NCBI RefSeq assembly: GCF_036588685.1
Contig: NC_086381.1
Location: 58,466,001-58,530,000, forward strand
Direction of reading: 5' to 3'
Source of the DNA: Mytilus trossulus
Taxonomy: Eukaryota
DNA: 64,000 nt
Part shown: positions 39,443 to 53,824 of the stretch, piece after piece
How positions within the stretch are numbered: the stretch's first letter is position 1
Layout of the letters: each line of letters opens with the position of its first letter
The notes under the pieces: generated by a model
Told to the model about the DNA's origin: nothing
What the model saw: only the letters and a program-made list of their open reading frames with translations
Databases searched by the model: none
Position numbers and translations under genes: made by a program

Positions 39443-42400
39443 TAAAATAAACGTGCAATAGTTTGTCTAAATGTTTGCTCTAAGAAGACGATACTGCAAT
39501 TTTAATTTAGTGATATTTATTCCCCACGTTATGTCCTTGTTTTGTAAACCTTGCCGTCTAAAAACAGAGCTTGTTTATTTATTTTATTATCATTGTTATA
39601 TAACAAAACATATTATCGAAAAACTTTGAACATATAGATTTATAAAACCCTTACGAGTAGTACTTAGAAAGTAATGAGGCAAAATAAGTTTTTTTACATA
39701 AATGTATGTAATACAATTCGATGTAAGCTCGTAAAGGTAGATCGTTTTTCACCTGGTTCAACCCATGGTCGGTGTATACATTATCTTTAAATGACTACAG
39801 TCGGTATAGGGGAACACTAACTTTCTCAGATAACGTTTTCGTCAACTTATCGTTGAAACCGTCATATCAGAGGGTCTGTACATGGTAGGAAAAGGGGTCT
39901 TTATTTTTAATTTCTCTCTCTGTTTATTTGGTTTTTTTTCTTCAATTTTTCTTTATTCTTTGTAGCTATAAGTGCACTTATTGATCTCAATTTTTCTATT
40001 GTTTGGTGGCCCGTTATTTCATATTTACTATAAACACAAACTTAATATTACATAATAAGAAAACGACCATTTATTTTCAAAGGAGGGGTGGGGGTTGTTA
40101 TTTTGCCTAAAAAAAGTATTCTGGTCTCTGATAAAAGTATTCTGACTCCGACAAAACACATTGATATTAAATGGTTGCTCTCTAATGCATTTGACTATAT
40201 ATATAGTTAAACTTCCATCATTCTTATGTCTTCCACTTTAAGAATCGTTGAAGCAAGACTACAGCAGACCCCCTTTTAAGGCAGTCAGTGAGCCCCCCCC
40301 CCTTTTATGCATATTTCTAGATCCGCCACTGTGGAAGTGCCTTCTACATGGTTGTTTATTAATTTTACTGCATCGATCCGTCATTGAATGAACCACTTTT
40401 TGTAATTTCCCGTAAGGTTTCAAAAACAACTTTGATTAAGGATTTCAGGAATTTCTCCTTATTTCAATTGAAAATATAACAAATGATCTTAAGGATATCC
40501 AATAATTTTAAGTGACGCCATGTTATTGATAAAACTACCATAACATGTATTGTATATCTTTTTCAAAATAGTGCATCAGCCCTTGTTCGTGATTTCTGTC
40601 GCGTTGATACAGAGCGTGATTGTTCTCGGACTGAAAGCATGACCTCAACAAAAATATATTACATATTCGAAAAAAGTCCTGACTGCGAAATTGTCAGCTA
40701 AAACTGAGGCCAGATAGCATAACTTAACATATAAGGAACTTTGAATCAATTATCATGTGAAAAGTTTACATATTAATGTACACGTATACATGTAGATTTG
40801 TCCCAATGAGCACTTGCTACATGTACACACGAATATATGTTTTGTTCGGATGAACGCTTACTCCATGAACACTGTCATACACGTTAATGTTTTGATCGAT
40901 CCCGTTCATTGATCAGCCGAGCCAAGACAAGTTTTCACCACAGAAATATGTTCTTGACCCTTGAACTTGTGACACTTTTAGAAAGATCAATAAACGACAC
41001 AACTGTTGCACATTTCTTATAAAGTTTTGCGAGTTTTGTATGCATTTTACTTTACAAGTTTGGATTTCAATAGAATACCTGGATTACACACCTGGACGGA
41101 CAGGTAATGTACATATTATCTGATAAATCATTAGTATTATGATCACACGCCGTAAGGTCAGTACAAATAAGACATCATTTGTAAAATACTTGACCGATAT
41201 CATCTTTCTTTAATTTTGTACAAGGTAGATCTCTTCGATTGATATGCATGATTAGCTTAACTTAATAACAATCTAATTTTAACAAAGCGCTTTGAAAAAC
41301 TTAATCAATTTAAATAATTTATTTACATATTTGTTATTTTTTCCTGGCGATTTCTTAAAATGTTTAAAAGGACGGAGGAAGTCACTGTGTCGATTTTAGA
41401 ATTTGTAAAATTTGGTATTTGTTTCATCTTTGGAGTGAATGATCTACCACAGAAACGAGTGATTTTGTATCCATCCATTTGTTGTTATTTGGAAAAAGAA
41501 GATAAAACAAGGAGAGGGTCGAATCATATTTTTCTCCAGGTCTAGTACAAAGTTTTCTTAACCCGACCCGTTGAGTGAGTCATGCAATAAAGTTTTTAAA
41601 ATAAAAAAATAACACAAGTGATAGCCTTGAAGTCCTCTTATACGTATACCTTCCTGCTACATGACATTGTATAACTGAAAAACACACTACAGTTTCATTG
41701 GTAAAAAAGGAAAAACGAAGTTGTTAAGATATCGAACAGGCAGATAACGCGAAATCTTGGTAAGATTCATCTTAATTTCTTGTATTTTGTGATGTGCAAT
41801 ACGAGAAGCGCTTCAAATGCTTTAGCTTTTGGACAAAATACTTCCATAGTCTCTATGATATTTATATTTGTTCTAGACTGGCGGAAATAAAGCGTGGTAT
41901 ATTGCCATACACTGTCTCATGATTGTTGAAGACGACGTTTTATTGACTTAGAAATTGTCTTGTTTTACGGTCTTTGGGTAGCTGTCTCATTTGTGTATAT
42001 CTCATATCCTTTAGTCACCTACTAGCAGTCCAAATTTTCTTTTATCCCATACATTCCACGTTGAAAAACCTTTCATTTTGTAAGCTTATTTTAGATGAAC
42101 TATTTGTCACTGGACCTGAAAAATAAACAACCATCTAAAGATCCTTCGATTTATGTATTCCCAACAAAAACAGGATAAAGTTATATATCAATTTCCAATA
42201 TGAATTTATTGAACTTAAAAAAACTACCTGATGTAAAAAAAAAGTCAGGCACGCGCAACTTTTAAAGAATTAATTTATTCATATCGTGCGCAGACAGTGT
42301 ACACAATGGTGACAGTAACATAATATTTTTAAGAATGAAAATAGATGTACTTAAGTTCATGTTCATAACCGGAACACATGAATAAAATTTTGTGGTTAAA

Positions 42401-43749
42401 AACGATGCGTGATTTATGTCATAAAAATAAAATTCTATTCCGGGTCAACGGGAAACAATACATACACACTCGTTTATAGGAAGTTTCTATAGGATTGTAT
42501 AAATCAGCCATTGAAAAGTTAAGTTTGTGTGAAAAGGAGACCCTAAATACGAACTTAAAGGAGAGGTTTGTCCTTTCTATAATTTTTCATATGGATTCAG
42601 AAATATGTAAAGCTTATCATGAAATTGCATAATAAGAATGGTGTTCAAGATTATGTTTTATATTTATATCTGAACCCTGAAACATGCTGTTATATTTGTA
42701 AGCAATTGCCCCAAGGATATAAATTGATATTATTATTTTCTTTTCAAAAGAAACAGGTGTTTTTAACGAAAATAATCTTTTACCATAGAAACGGTTAAAA
42801 TCCAAAAGATTATCAAAAATGTTATTGCTAGCTTATTGGTATCAAGGGGGTCATTTCCACATAATTCAGTTGTTATGTACACTAAGTTGAACCATACCTC
42901 CGCCATCGGATTTAAAATTGTCGAGTAAGCAAAATGACTAAGTGACAATTGACCTTTCGTCACGAGATTTTGTCGTCCCTGATCGTCCTTGAATTTCAAA
43001 CAAATGTTCGCACGTGTCAAATGAATCATTGTTTGCAATAAAAACGTATTGGGGTTTGGATTGGGATTCTAAATTTCTGTATTATTTTATTTTCCGGGCC
43101 ATTTTGCTCTACTCTTTAAACTTTTTGGGACCATCGTTCTTAATTTGATATTCTAACACATTCCAATGTTCTCAATTCGTTATAAAATTTAATACCTTAA
43201 TATTCTCTCACTCAATGTGTTTGCCCCCCCCCCCCTTTTACACACACACACAATATATACCCTGAAGCATATCAGTTGGCACAGTTTTCCCCATGATTCT
43301 ATATTCTGTATACCCCGTCAAGACCCTCATGAAGAACAATTGACAAGGAATGTCTGTCGATAAACATCAAACATCTAAAAGTAAAAAGATTTTCTCGTGA
43401 ATTAGACGAACAATTTTCACCGGTATATTTATACTGTTTGTATAGAAAAGTACTTTAATGTCTCCTTCTGTCACATGGCCGTTTTAATCAGCTCTAATGT
43501 TCGCAGGCGCATGGTTATTGGAATTTCGTGTTCTATGCATCTGCACGAGAGTATATTGTGTCACTTTATCTAATTGGATTTCTTAATTAATAATGTTGGA
43601 AAACCAGTGCACAATCCAAATTACGGAATGGAGCTAGGAATGTTGATTAAACCACACCAGAATCAATTTGATGATGTAATAGAAAGAAATCGATAAGTCT
43701 AGAAATGAGATTGTTTTACGAATGTCATTGATGAGATGAAAAGGAAAAA

Positions 43750-44620
43750 ATCTTTCTACTTTTTTAATACGATTGTTTTTATCCCAATTTCCTGCCATTT
43801 TTGTTATTCTCTCACCGTTCTTGGCCTCCCATCTTTCTAGACAACAACCTTTTAGTATTCAAAATTAAAATCATCATCAATTAAAGGAAAATGATGCAAA
43901 AAATCAAGCTTTAAGTTTATGTTCCAAACGTTCAGTGGCAAATACTTAAATCGTATCCGTACTACTTTGACCAGTTAGGGTAGGTTTGTTTTACTTTTTT
44001 TTTCCACAATTTTTCAACTTGCTTTCATCGTTCTTGATCTCCTCCGACGACAACCTGGCATACAAATTTACAACATTGATATTAAACATCAATTAACGGA
44101 ATGTGACGCTAACAATCAAGCGTTATGTTTCTTTTCTAAACGTCCAGTGGCAAATATTTCAATCGCATTGCGTACTCGTTTGACCGGATTACATTAGGAA
44201 AGGTTTGTTTGTATTTCATTTCCCACCATTTTTTGTTAGTTTTCTCTCATTTGCATTAATTGATCTGCTTTCTTCGTGGCAACCACCTTATAGTATACAC
44301 CATTATCATTCACCATCAATTAACAGAAAATAATAATTAAAAAAAGACTCCATGGTTCTTTTCTAAACGTCCAGTGGCAAATATTTCATTCATATTCCGT
44401 ACTAGTTTGACCAGTTGGCAGTAAGGGTACAAGGTTTGTTTTTATTCCCAACATTTTAAGCTTTCTCATATTTACCTTGATCTGCCATCTTTCTTGGCAA
44501 CCACCTTACAGCATCAATTAATGGAATATGACCAAACAATCAATGATGGTTCATTTTCCCAACGTTCAGTGCCAAATATTTCATTCGTAGTTCTACCGAA
44601 TGTGACCGATTGACAATTCG
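43750..44620. repeat. Degenerate tandem repeat, about 4 units of 200-230 bp
   Basis: AACGT(C/T)CAGTG(G/C)CAAATA near 43925, 44140, 44365 and 44560, followed by TGACC and in most units AGGTTTGTT...CAAC(C/A)ACCT...CATCAATTAA. Confidence 0.75.
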
Positions 44621-47080
44621 GGTATGTTCATCTACAAGTACATGACATTTATCTTTTCATCTTTGACTTGTTGCGTAATAAATGACATTAATGGCTACCT
44701 AGTGTCTTTTATCATAGTCTTTTACATATACTATATATACTAATTTACTACCGGAAGTTAGCTTATGACTTATCTACTACATCAAGATAGTAGTACAAAA
44801 TATAAATAGAAACTTATTGATACAACCAGTGCATGGGGTGTGTTGATCAGATATGAAAACACATGTTAGGAACAATCACAAAATATTATATCATATTTAC
44901 ACTACAAATGATTATAGCCGACACGTGAGTACTTTTTCAGTTATCATTTTGATTATTTGTAATAGCACAAATCGTACCATCTCCCTAGGATGTGGGCAGC
45001 GTAAGGGGTCAATTAGATGTGGTAAGGATACTTAATTCCCTATTTTCCATCTTTGTCGGATAATATTTTTTTATTTAGTAACAACAATATAACCTCCTTG
45101 GTAACACATAGTGTTTTCAAGTACGTATAGTAGTTACAAGTTTAATTGAGACACATAGAACTTTTCCGGTGTCAATTTCTGAGCATTGCAAACCTCATCA
45201 TATATTTTGATTTATAATTAAAGACAACCACTGACTGATGTTTTGAGAGTATGTGAAGATTTTTTAATATCAATATGCCATTTTACGCAAACCACATAGC
45301 TTCTGGAATATTTGTTTTAACGTTGAGTCGGTTCAAGATGTTCGAATTAAAAACTTAGAGTTTCTTTTAATAATTAGATATGGGAAGGTGTGGTATGAAT
45401 GCCAATGAGACAACCATAGGCGGATCCAAGGGGGGGCAGGGGGCCCGGGCCCCCCTTTCGTGGGAAAAAATTGGTTGATTATATAGGGATTTATTGAAGC
45501 ATGACTGGAGCGGGCTCCCTCGTAGGTCAGTCAGCGGGCCACCCTTTGGGAAAGTTCTGGATCCGCCACTGGCAACTCTCAAGCCAAGTCGATCACAGTT
45601 TATAAAAGTAACGCTATAAACAAAACGAACCTTAGTAGTATTCTATGTTCTTACGTCCAGTGGCATCTATTTTATACGTGTTGAGGACGACTTTCCATAT
45701 AGAGAAAAGCACGACACGATACTATAGAAAGTATATATAAAGCTTATATTGTTTTAATGACAAAATAATTTTTGAGGGATTCTGCTATCATAGTGTTTTC
45801 ATTTTAAACATCATAAAATGGCGCCAAGTTAAGCCTTTCAAGGTTTAACGGATAAAAAAAATACTACATTTGTTTCGCTCGAGGTTATCATACTGTGTAT
45901 TTTTAGAGAATATCACGACCATTATCATCTGACACTGACAATAATGTAAATTTTTAAGAGGTAGATGGTCTGGATAAGACAGTGGCTACGTACTTGATTT
46001 TTATAGAACTTACACTGCGTTTAAAAATGCGATTGAATTAAGTTCTAAATCACATCCTGGATTTCATATACACATGCAAATTTCTAGAAGTGTAAATTTA
46101 TAAATATTTGTATGAACGAACGTGTTTACTTTTTATTTATAAAACATTATAAATATGCCTGTTTGTGCATAGTAAATATGATCAATGACTTTGGCTAAAC
46201 GGAGTTTTAAAAAATCGTTAAAAGGGGAATCGTAATTTGAAAAAGTAAACAACGCCACGGCCAATAGAGACAAAATACTAAGAATCATTATCATGATATA
46301 CCAGTTCACATATAACATTGCACAGAAAAAGTGGCAATGAGCCCTTGCCCCTTTTGTTGTTTATTTGATTTGTATGGGAATAAGAGTAATGGGGCAGTAC
46401 ATGTAACTACAGGTTTTGTACGACTATATAGATATATATAAAGCAGTAAAAACATAAAAATAATTCGAAATTTTAAAGAAATTTGACAAAAATTTTTATA
46501 TACTATAGTACTCAAAATAGAGAAACAAAAAAAGGGGGGGGTGCCATTCCCCAGAAGCACCTGAGTTATGTTTTTTTCCCCTCTCAAATCAAATCAACAG
46601 TTTATGTCTAATATGTGTATGATTGTTAATTGTTTGTAAAAAAATTTGATTGGTTAAAAAAGGGCAATTAAAAAAACCATTATGTTTCTAAATTAAATTC
46701 CTGTAAAATTCCTGTGTTTGTTTTGTTCAAGCAGACAAAAACATTGTAAGATATGTATAAATATTTTTTTGTAAGAATGTTGTCTCATTTAGGTTTACTC
46801 AACAGTTCCGGTTATTCGTATGCCGGTAAGTTTTGCAAAGATGGGATTGTCAAAAGAAAACAGTAGTATGTCTGAGAATGTTAGCTCTGTTAAGTGTTTA
46901 TTCTCAGTGTTACTTATATCGTTTGTGTTATGCATAATGATGATAAAGTGTTCATTAATTCATTATTTCATCACATGTTATTGTTTTCGTTTTAGGTAAA
47001 TGATTCGTAACAAGAAACTCCCGTCATAACATCAGATAACACACGAAAAAGCCATCGCCCTAGAAATTAACACGCCTACG

Positions 47081-47968
47081 ATGGATTCTGATCAAAACGA
47101 TGAAATAACTAAGCTTAAACAACAATTAGTGGAAAAAGATCAAGAATTGTCAAAACTTCGTGAAGAGAAAGATTTATTAGAAGAAAGTCTTGAAGAAACA
47201 GAGGAAACTGTGAAAGAGGCCCGGAAAGGTTTTCAAAAACGCATAGATGAATTGACAAACGATATAGAGGAAAAGGATGAACAAATCGATTCACTCACAG
47301 GGGAGGTAACTCAATTAAAGAACAACAATCAGACACAAGACAGTTCACCGGAAGTTGTAAATTCTCTGAAAGAGCAACTTCGGTTAAAAGATGAAACGGT
47401 TATAGAAATAAAAGAAACACTGCATAAAGGGGGAATGACTATAAATAATCTTCACATGGAAATAGGTGATCTAAAGGATAAGATGGCGACTGCAAAAGAT
47501 TCTATTACATTGAAGTCCGAAAAAATAAAAGAGATGCGAGACGAGAATTCTCAACTTAAATCAACTGTGTCAGAGCTGCAACTTAAACTTGACAATCTCG
47601 AAACGATACCGGAAGCTGGTTCTGAAATGTCTGTAGACCCTGAAGCGGGTAAAGTGCAGATAGAGGTATTAAAGAAAGAAATGAGTAGAAAGAATGAAGA
47701 GTTGATGTCTTTGAGAATACAGCTTGAGAAATGTCAGAAACAGTTAAACGACTTGAGCAAAAGTCCTAAAACAACCGAACCTGATGAAAGCCAACATTCC
47801 TTCAAAGAACCGACCAAAGTCTGTGATGAAGTAACGCAAAAGAAATCCAAAATTAATGACCTTGAACTACAGTTAGAAAAGGCCCAGTCTGACAACATGA
47901 AAATTTTGATTGGCTTTGGGTTATTAGTACTAGTGATCGCGGTCTTAGTAGCAAAATTAATTTATTAG
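47081..47968 (+). CDS. Coiled-coil protein with C-terminal transmembrane anchor (tail-anchored), function unknown, 295 aa
   Basis: Long ORF, E/K/L-rich with heptad character, ending ILIGFGLLVLVIAVLVAKLIY*. Acceptor TTTCGTTTTAG at 46995, small upstream exon candidate 46793-46825, AATAAA near 48084. Confidence 0.8.
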   Translation: MDSDQNDEITKLKQQLVEKDQELSKLREEKDLLEESLEETEETVKEARKGFQKRIDELTNDIEEKDEQIDSLTGEVTQLKNNNQTQDSSPEVVNSLKEQLRLKDETVIEIKETLHKGGMTINNLHMEIGDLKDKMATAKDSITLKSEKIKEMRDENSQLKSTVSELQLKLDNLETIPEAGSEMSVDPEAGKVQIEVLKKEMSRKNEELMSLRIQLEKCQKQLNDLSKSPKTTEPDESQHSFKEPTKVCDEVTQKKSKINDLELQLEKAQSDNMKILIGFGLLVLVIAVLVAKLIY

Positions 47969-49344
47969 ATATATTTGTATTATATTGTAATCAGTATTAT
48001 ATGTGACCGAGTCAAAGTTTAGCCGTCTGTCAATAATTTTTACACTAACAATATTTCCATATTAATTATAGTGAATTTTCAAAAATAAAAATGGGTTAAC
48101 CGTTATTAACATACAGTCAATGTATTTATTTTTATAATGGTAATATTGATTTTTTTATTTGTCAAAGATATTTTCATATAAGCAGGAAATTGAAATTTAT
48201 CATGAAGCTCCTCAATTGAATTCTCTGACATTAAGCGACAAATTTAAAAAAAAAAATATATTACATCAGGACACAATTCAAAACACAATTTATCGCAAAT
48301 TAGCTTTATTTCTTTTACTTATTAAATTAATTCATTTTGGTGGCAGGTTTCTTGCAATGCACAATCTTTCTGCATAACGCATTTATAACACGTAAACCGA
48401 TTGCAATAATTTTTTTCAGATTTTGCTCAACAGCAATGTGTAGTTATCAATAAGTTTATTAGATTAATAATATTCTTGTATAATAAAAAATACTAGAGGC
48501 TCTCACATGACTATTGTCTCTTTACTTGATATATGCTTCATGAACAATGTTTTGAAAATCAGATGAAAAAAATAGGTTTAGAATAATCTGTCTCTCGTCA
48601 TACTTAATGTCTTAAAATCATGCGGAGAGGGTAAAATAATTTTTCGATTGCTTATTATGCTTTTCGGACGTCCAACAAGTGCTAGCCTTAATGGCGATAC
48701 TTTTTACGTCTTTCGATTGCTCTGATTATTGTATATGACTTGCCAAATTCGTCCCAACTCGGGCAATTCCGTACCTTCGTCTAAACTCGGCCGATTCCAT
48801 ACCCTCATGATGATAGGAGGAGAGTAGCGGATTCTACCGAGGATTGCCGAATGTCATCTAAGACGAAGACGGGTGGCGGATTTACCCGAAGATTGCCGAT
48901 TGTGACGTGCCACAGAAAAACATTTGCCATTATGCCAAATCATAGACCATACATAAATTTGATCATTTTCGGTCAGTTTTAATCATTACGAGTCATATAA
49001 AAACACCGGATCGGCAACTACCAATGTGTTCAAGTTTTGACAAAGATTTTAATTGCCAAAATTGATTCTGTCGGGTTCATCGATGGCCACAATATCACGT
49101 AGAACACATGTAAGGACCATACGAATACGATATACGAATAGTAACTTTCGATGATGTATTTTTACTATTTTTAGCCAAATTTTGTTTCAAGATTTGCATG
49201 GCGTGAATGATCGTTCCTGTTTACATTCCAAAATATCTGCGAAAATATGTCGAGTTACAATATTTCGTTTCTTAGTTAAACCAAAAGGTCAATATTATCC
49301 TTCAAAAGCAGTTTCTGTTTCACATATACTTGAAGTATTAACTC

Positions 49345-49491
49345 CAGGGGCGGATCCAGTCAAATTTTAAAGGGAGGTCAGCACCCAGGACAAAAAAGGG
49401 GGGTCCAACTACATGTCCCCATGCAAATGCATTGATCGTCCAAAAAAGGGGGGGGGGGGTCAACCCCCGGACCCCCCTGGATCCGCCACTG
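49345..49491. mobile_element. ~150-bp GC-rich MITE family, TIR CAG(T/G)GGCGGATCC (other copies about 11051-11194, 13542-13685, 27006-27178, 45415-45571, 63100-63276; fragments near 11865, 15440-15595, 40270-40331)
   Basis: Terminal inverted repeats; exact 5-bp TSD AACTC here and AGATT at the 11051 copy. Confidence 0.85.
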
Positions 49492-50680
49492 AACTCGAAA
49501 ATAATTCGTCAGTTCTATCGTCAATTCGACTTGACAGGGATATTCAGAAATTTAGGGAGTGTATATACATTGCACCAAAATAGTCTTCTTTCATATATCA
49601 TGCACATCCAATGTTTACATATAGTATAGTTCAGAATTTATCTAAATTTTTGCCATATTTTTCATACTATTTATGTATCAATATTAATTTCATTAAATTA
49701 ATATCAAAACCAGCTTTCTTCTTTTTTTTGTGATTCCCTCTTCTTAAAAATATAAACTGATATGGAGATGTGGTATCATGGAATGCCAGTGGAACAAGTT
49801 AACTATGCACCAAATGCCAAATGACGTCGATCTATAAGTGTTTATATCTCGTTCAGACAGAACTTTTCTGATATATATCACTTATTCCACATTAAACTGC
49901 AACGGGACTTATGTATTAGATGCACAGCGATGGCTCAATTCGATGGCTAAGTTGAACTAAGATTCTGTACATGACTTTTTTCTTGGTGTTTTTTAAGCGG
50001 AAGTAAGTTTTCTTCATATGCATAGATGTTATAAGTTGAACTAAGCTTTTGGCCTTGACCTTCACTTTAGGGTTTTCCACCTACTAGAAGTATAACAAAA
50101 TATCAAGTTGTATTACAAAATCTAAAGGGTTTGATAGTTAGAGAGTGGTAACGGTTTTTTCTTCTTCTACAAACGCACAGGGGTTGGCTAATTCAACTAA
50201 GTTTTTTACCTGGACAGACACGCCGGTTTATTTCTAAAGGTCTTTCTGCAATTAATCGGCGAGACCCGTAATACCACATATTTCGTTGGCGAAATTAAAA
50301 CTAAACAAACACACACCCCAACAACTTGCCTTGGCTAGTTTAACAAGAAATAGCTGGTGAATACAAATTATTTGATTTTATTACTAGTAAATGTTCATTT
50401 TAACTTCGCAATTTAAAATTGAAGTAGGATAGATTTATGATGTTTTCATTCGACCATCAGGAAGTACTAATAAAATGTTTGTTAAGCTTGTTAAAGCTTA
50501 TGCAAATATTATTTTTTTAACAACATGCTCCTAAAATGAAGTTTGCAATGGTTATTTACAATGGGTTATATACTTACAAAAAAAGTATGTTTAAAAGAAA
50601 ACGGGGGTTTCTTGTAATTAGTCAGCTATTCAACGATAAACAAAAATACCCTAAAAAGGCATTAAAGACGCCAAAATAAG

Positions 50681-52914
50681 ACAGAAAGACATCCACACCA
50701 CATGTCAAGCTCAACATATACCACATACAGAAAGACATCCACACCACATGTCAAGCTCTACATATACCACATACAGAAAGACATCCTCACCACATGTCAA
50801 GCTCTACATATACCACATACAGAAAGACATCCACACAACTTGTCAAGCTCTACATATACCACATACAGAAAGACATCCACACCACATGTCAAGCTCTACA
50901 TATACCACATACAGAAAGACATCCAAACCACATGTCAAGCTCTACATATACCACATACAGAAAGACATCCACACCACATGTCAAGCTCTACATATACCAC
51001 ATACAAAAAGACATCCACACCACATGTCAAGCTCTACATATACCACATACAGAAAGACATCCAAACCACATGTCAAGCTCTACATATACCACATACAGCT
51101 AGACATCCACACCACATGTCAAGCTCTACATATACCACATACAGAAAGACATCCACACAACTTGTCAAGCTCTACATATACCACATACAGAAAGACATCC
51201 TCACCACATGTCAAGCTCTACATATATCACATACAGAAAGACATCCACACCACATGTCAAGCTCTACATATACCACATACAGAAAGACGTCATCACCACA
51301 TGTCAAGCTCTACATATACCACATACAGAAAGACATCCACACCACATGTCAAGCTCTACATATACCACATACAGAAAGACATCCTCACCACATGTCAAGC
51401 TCTACATATACCACATACAGAAAGACATCCACACCACATGTCAAGCTCTACATATACCACATACAGAAAGACATCCACACCACATGTCAAGCTCTACATA
51501 TACCACATACAGAAAGACATCCTCACCACATGTCAAGCTCTACATATACCACATACAGAAAGACATCCTCACCACATGTCAAGCTCTACATATACCACAT
51601 ACAGAAAGACATCCACACCACATGTCAAGCTCTACATATACCACATACAGAAAGACATCCACACCACATGTCAAGCTCTACATATACCACATACAGAAAG
51701 ACATCCTCACCACATGTCAAGCTCTACATAAACCACATACAGAAAGACATCCACACCACATGTCAAGCTCTACATAAACCACATACAGAAAGACATCCCC
51801 ACCACATGTCAAGCTCTACATATACCACATACAGAAAGACATCCCCACCACATGTCAAGCTCTACATATACCACATACAGAAAGACATCCCCACCACATG
51901 TCAAGCTCTACATATACCACATACAGAAAGACATCCACACCACATGTCAAGCTCTACATATACCACATACAGAAAGACATCCTCACCACATGTCAAGCTC
52001 TACATATACCACATACAGAAAGACATCCTCACCACATGTCAAGCTCTACATATACCACATACAGAAAGACATCCACACCACATGTCAAGCTCTACATATA
52101 CCACATACAGAAAGACATCCACACCACATGTCAAGCTCTACATATACCACATACAGAAAGACATCCACACCACATGGACATCCACACCACTTGTCAAGCT
52201 CTACATATACCACATACAGAAAGACATCCACACCACATGTCAAGCTCTACATATACCACATACAGAAAGACATCCACACCACATGTCAAGCTCTACATAT
52301 ACCACATTCAGAAAGACATCCACACCACATGTCAAGCTCTACATATACCACATTCAGAAAGACATCCACACCACATGTCAAGCTCTACATATACCACATT
52401 CAGAAAGACATCCACACAACTTGTCAAGCTCTACATATACCACATTCAGAAAGACATCCACACAACTTGTCAAGCTCTACATATACCACATACAGAAAGA
52501 CATCCACACCACATGTCAAGCACTACATATACCACATACAGAAAGACATCCACACCACATGTCAAGCTCTACATTTACTACATACAGAAAGACATGACAT
52601 CCACACCACATGTCAAGCTCTACATTTACCACATACAGAAAGACATCCACACCACATGTCAAGCTCTACATATACCACATACAGAAAGACATCCACACCA
52701 CATGTCAAGCTCTACATATACCACATACAGAAAGACATCCACACCACATGTCAAGCTCTACATTTACCACATACAGAAAGACATCCACACCACATGTCAA
52801 GCTCTACATATACCACATACAGAAAGACATACACACCACATGTCAAGCTCTACATTTACCACATACAGAAAGACATCCACACCACATGTCAAGCGCTACA
52901 TATACCTCATACAG
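50681..52914. repeat. 46-bp tandem satellite, about 48 copies
   Basis: Unit ACAGAAAGACATCCACACCACATGTCAAGCTCTACATATACCACAT repeated head-to-tail with point variants and no spacers. Confidence 0.97.
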
Positions 52915-53590
52915 TTGTTCATTTAAGTTAAATCAAAATCATTAAATAGCTGAGGTCAAAGGGAGATTATCCCTGCCAGATATATTTCTGATCATTTCTA
53001 AAGACTTCTTAGTTGTACTATAGCCACAGGCACTTGTCTCAGAAAAAAAATTCCTATATACCTTAACGTGTTATTGGTACATAGGAGAAAAAATTCTGAG
53101 ACAAGTGGCTGTGACTATATATATATATATATATATATATAGGACAAGTTACCAAATAATTAGAAGAAAGTAAGACTGTGTGTGTGTTTTGACTTAAGTG
53201 TTGGTGTGTTTCTTGGCTTAATAAGGATACGTTTTATACTCGCTACGGTCCTTGGCTTCTCCTGGGAGTATAGGCTATTGAATTATACTTATAAAAATTA
53301 CACGTTTTACAAGAAACCTTTGAAGAATGTGAGAAAACAAGATAAAAAAAAAGTAGTCTCAAGCATAGAAAACAATACAATTCTAACCAAAAACACAGCT
53401 AAGCTTGGGGTTCAATAATGGCGAAACTAATAATAGTTGAATACTAGTAAACTTTAACAATACAAATCCTGTTAAAAACCAAGCTACACATGTAACATCA
53501 GGGTGTCAATATAAGAGCAAGTATTTCCTACTTCTCTTGTGCCACCCATTGTGTTGCTGAAGACGAAATGAAAGTCGAGTGCATTGAGAG

Positions 53591-53824
53591 TGTAGATAAA
53601 GGTAATACGTTTAGTAAGCATGTTTGCTAGCTGAACCGTGAATTCATTATCAGATAAGGTACCCTACCCTCCTTTCGGAGTGGTCGTTTTACACAGATAC
53701 ATTGGTTGTATGTCGGACAAGTCTACTCTCAACAAATGGAGGCCGGTAGTTTACTTAACTTAATGATGACTTCACGGTTCAGCTAGCAAACAAGCTAACC
53801 AAACATATTACCTTTATACCTACA
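53591..53824. mobile_element. MITE with ~55-bp TIRs
   Basis: TAAAGGTAATACGTTTAGTAAGCATGTTTGCTAGCTGAACCGTGAA versus TTCACGGTTCAGCTAGCAAACAAGCTAACCAAACATATTACCTTTA. Confidence 0.8.

Noticed and set aside
50681-52945. CRISPR array, or genuine 300-630 aa proteins
   Set aside because: Units are contiguous with no unique spacers, there are no cas genes and the context is eukaryotic; the same peptide appears in all three frames, a tandem-repeat artefact.
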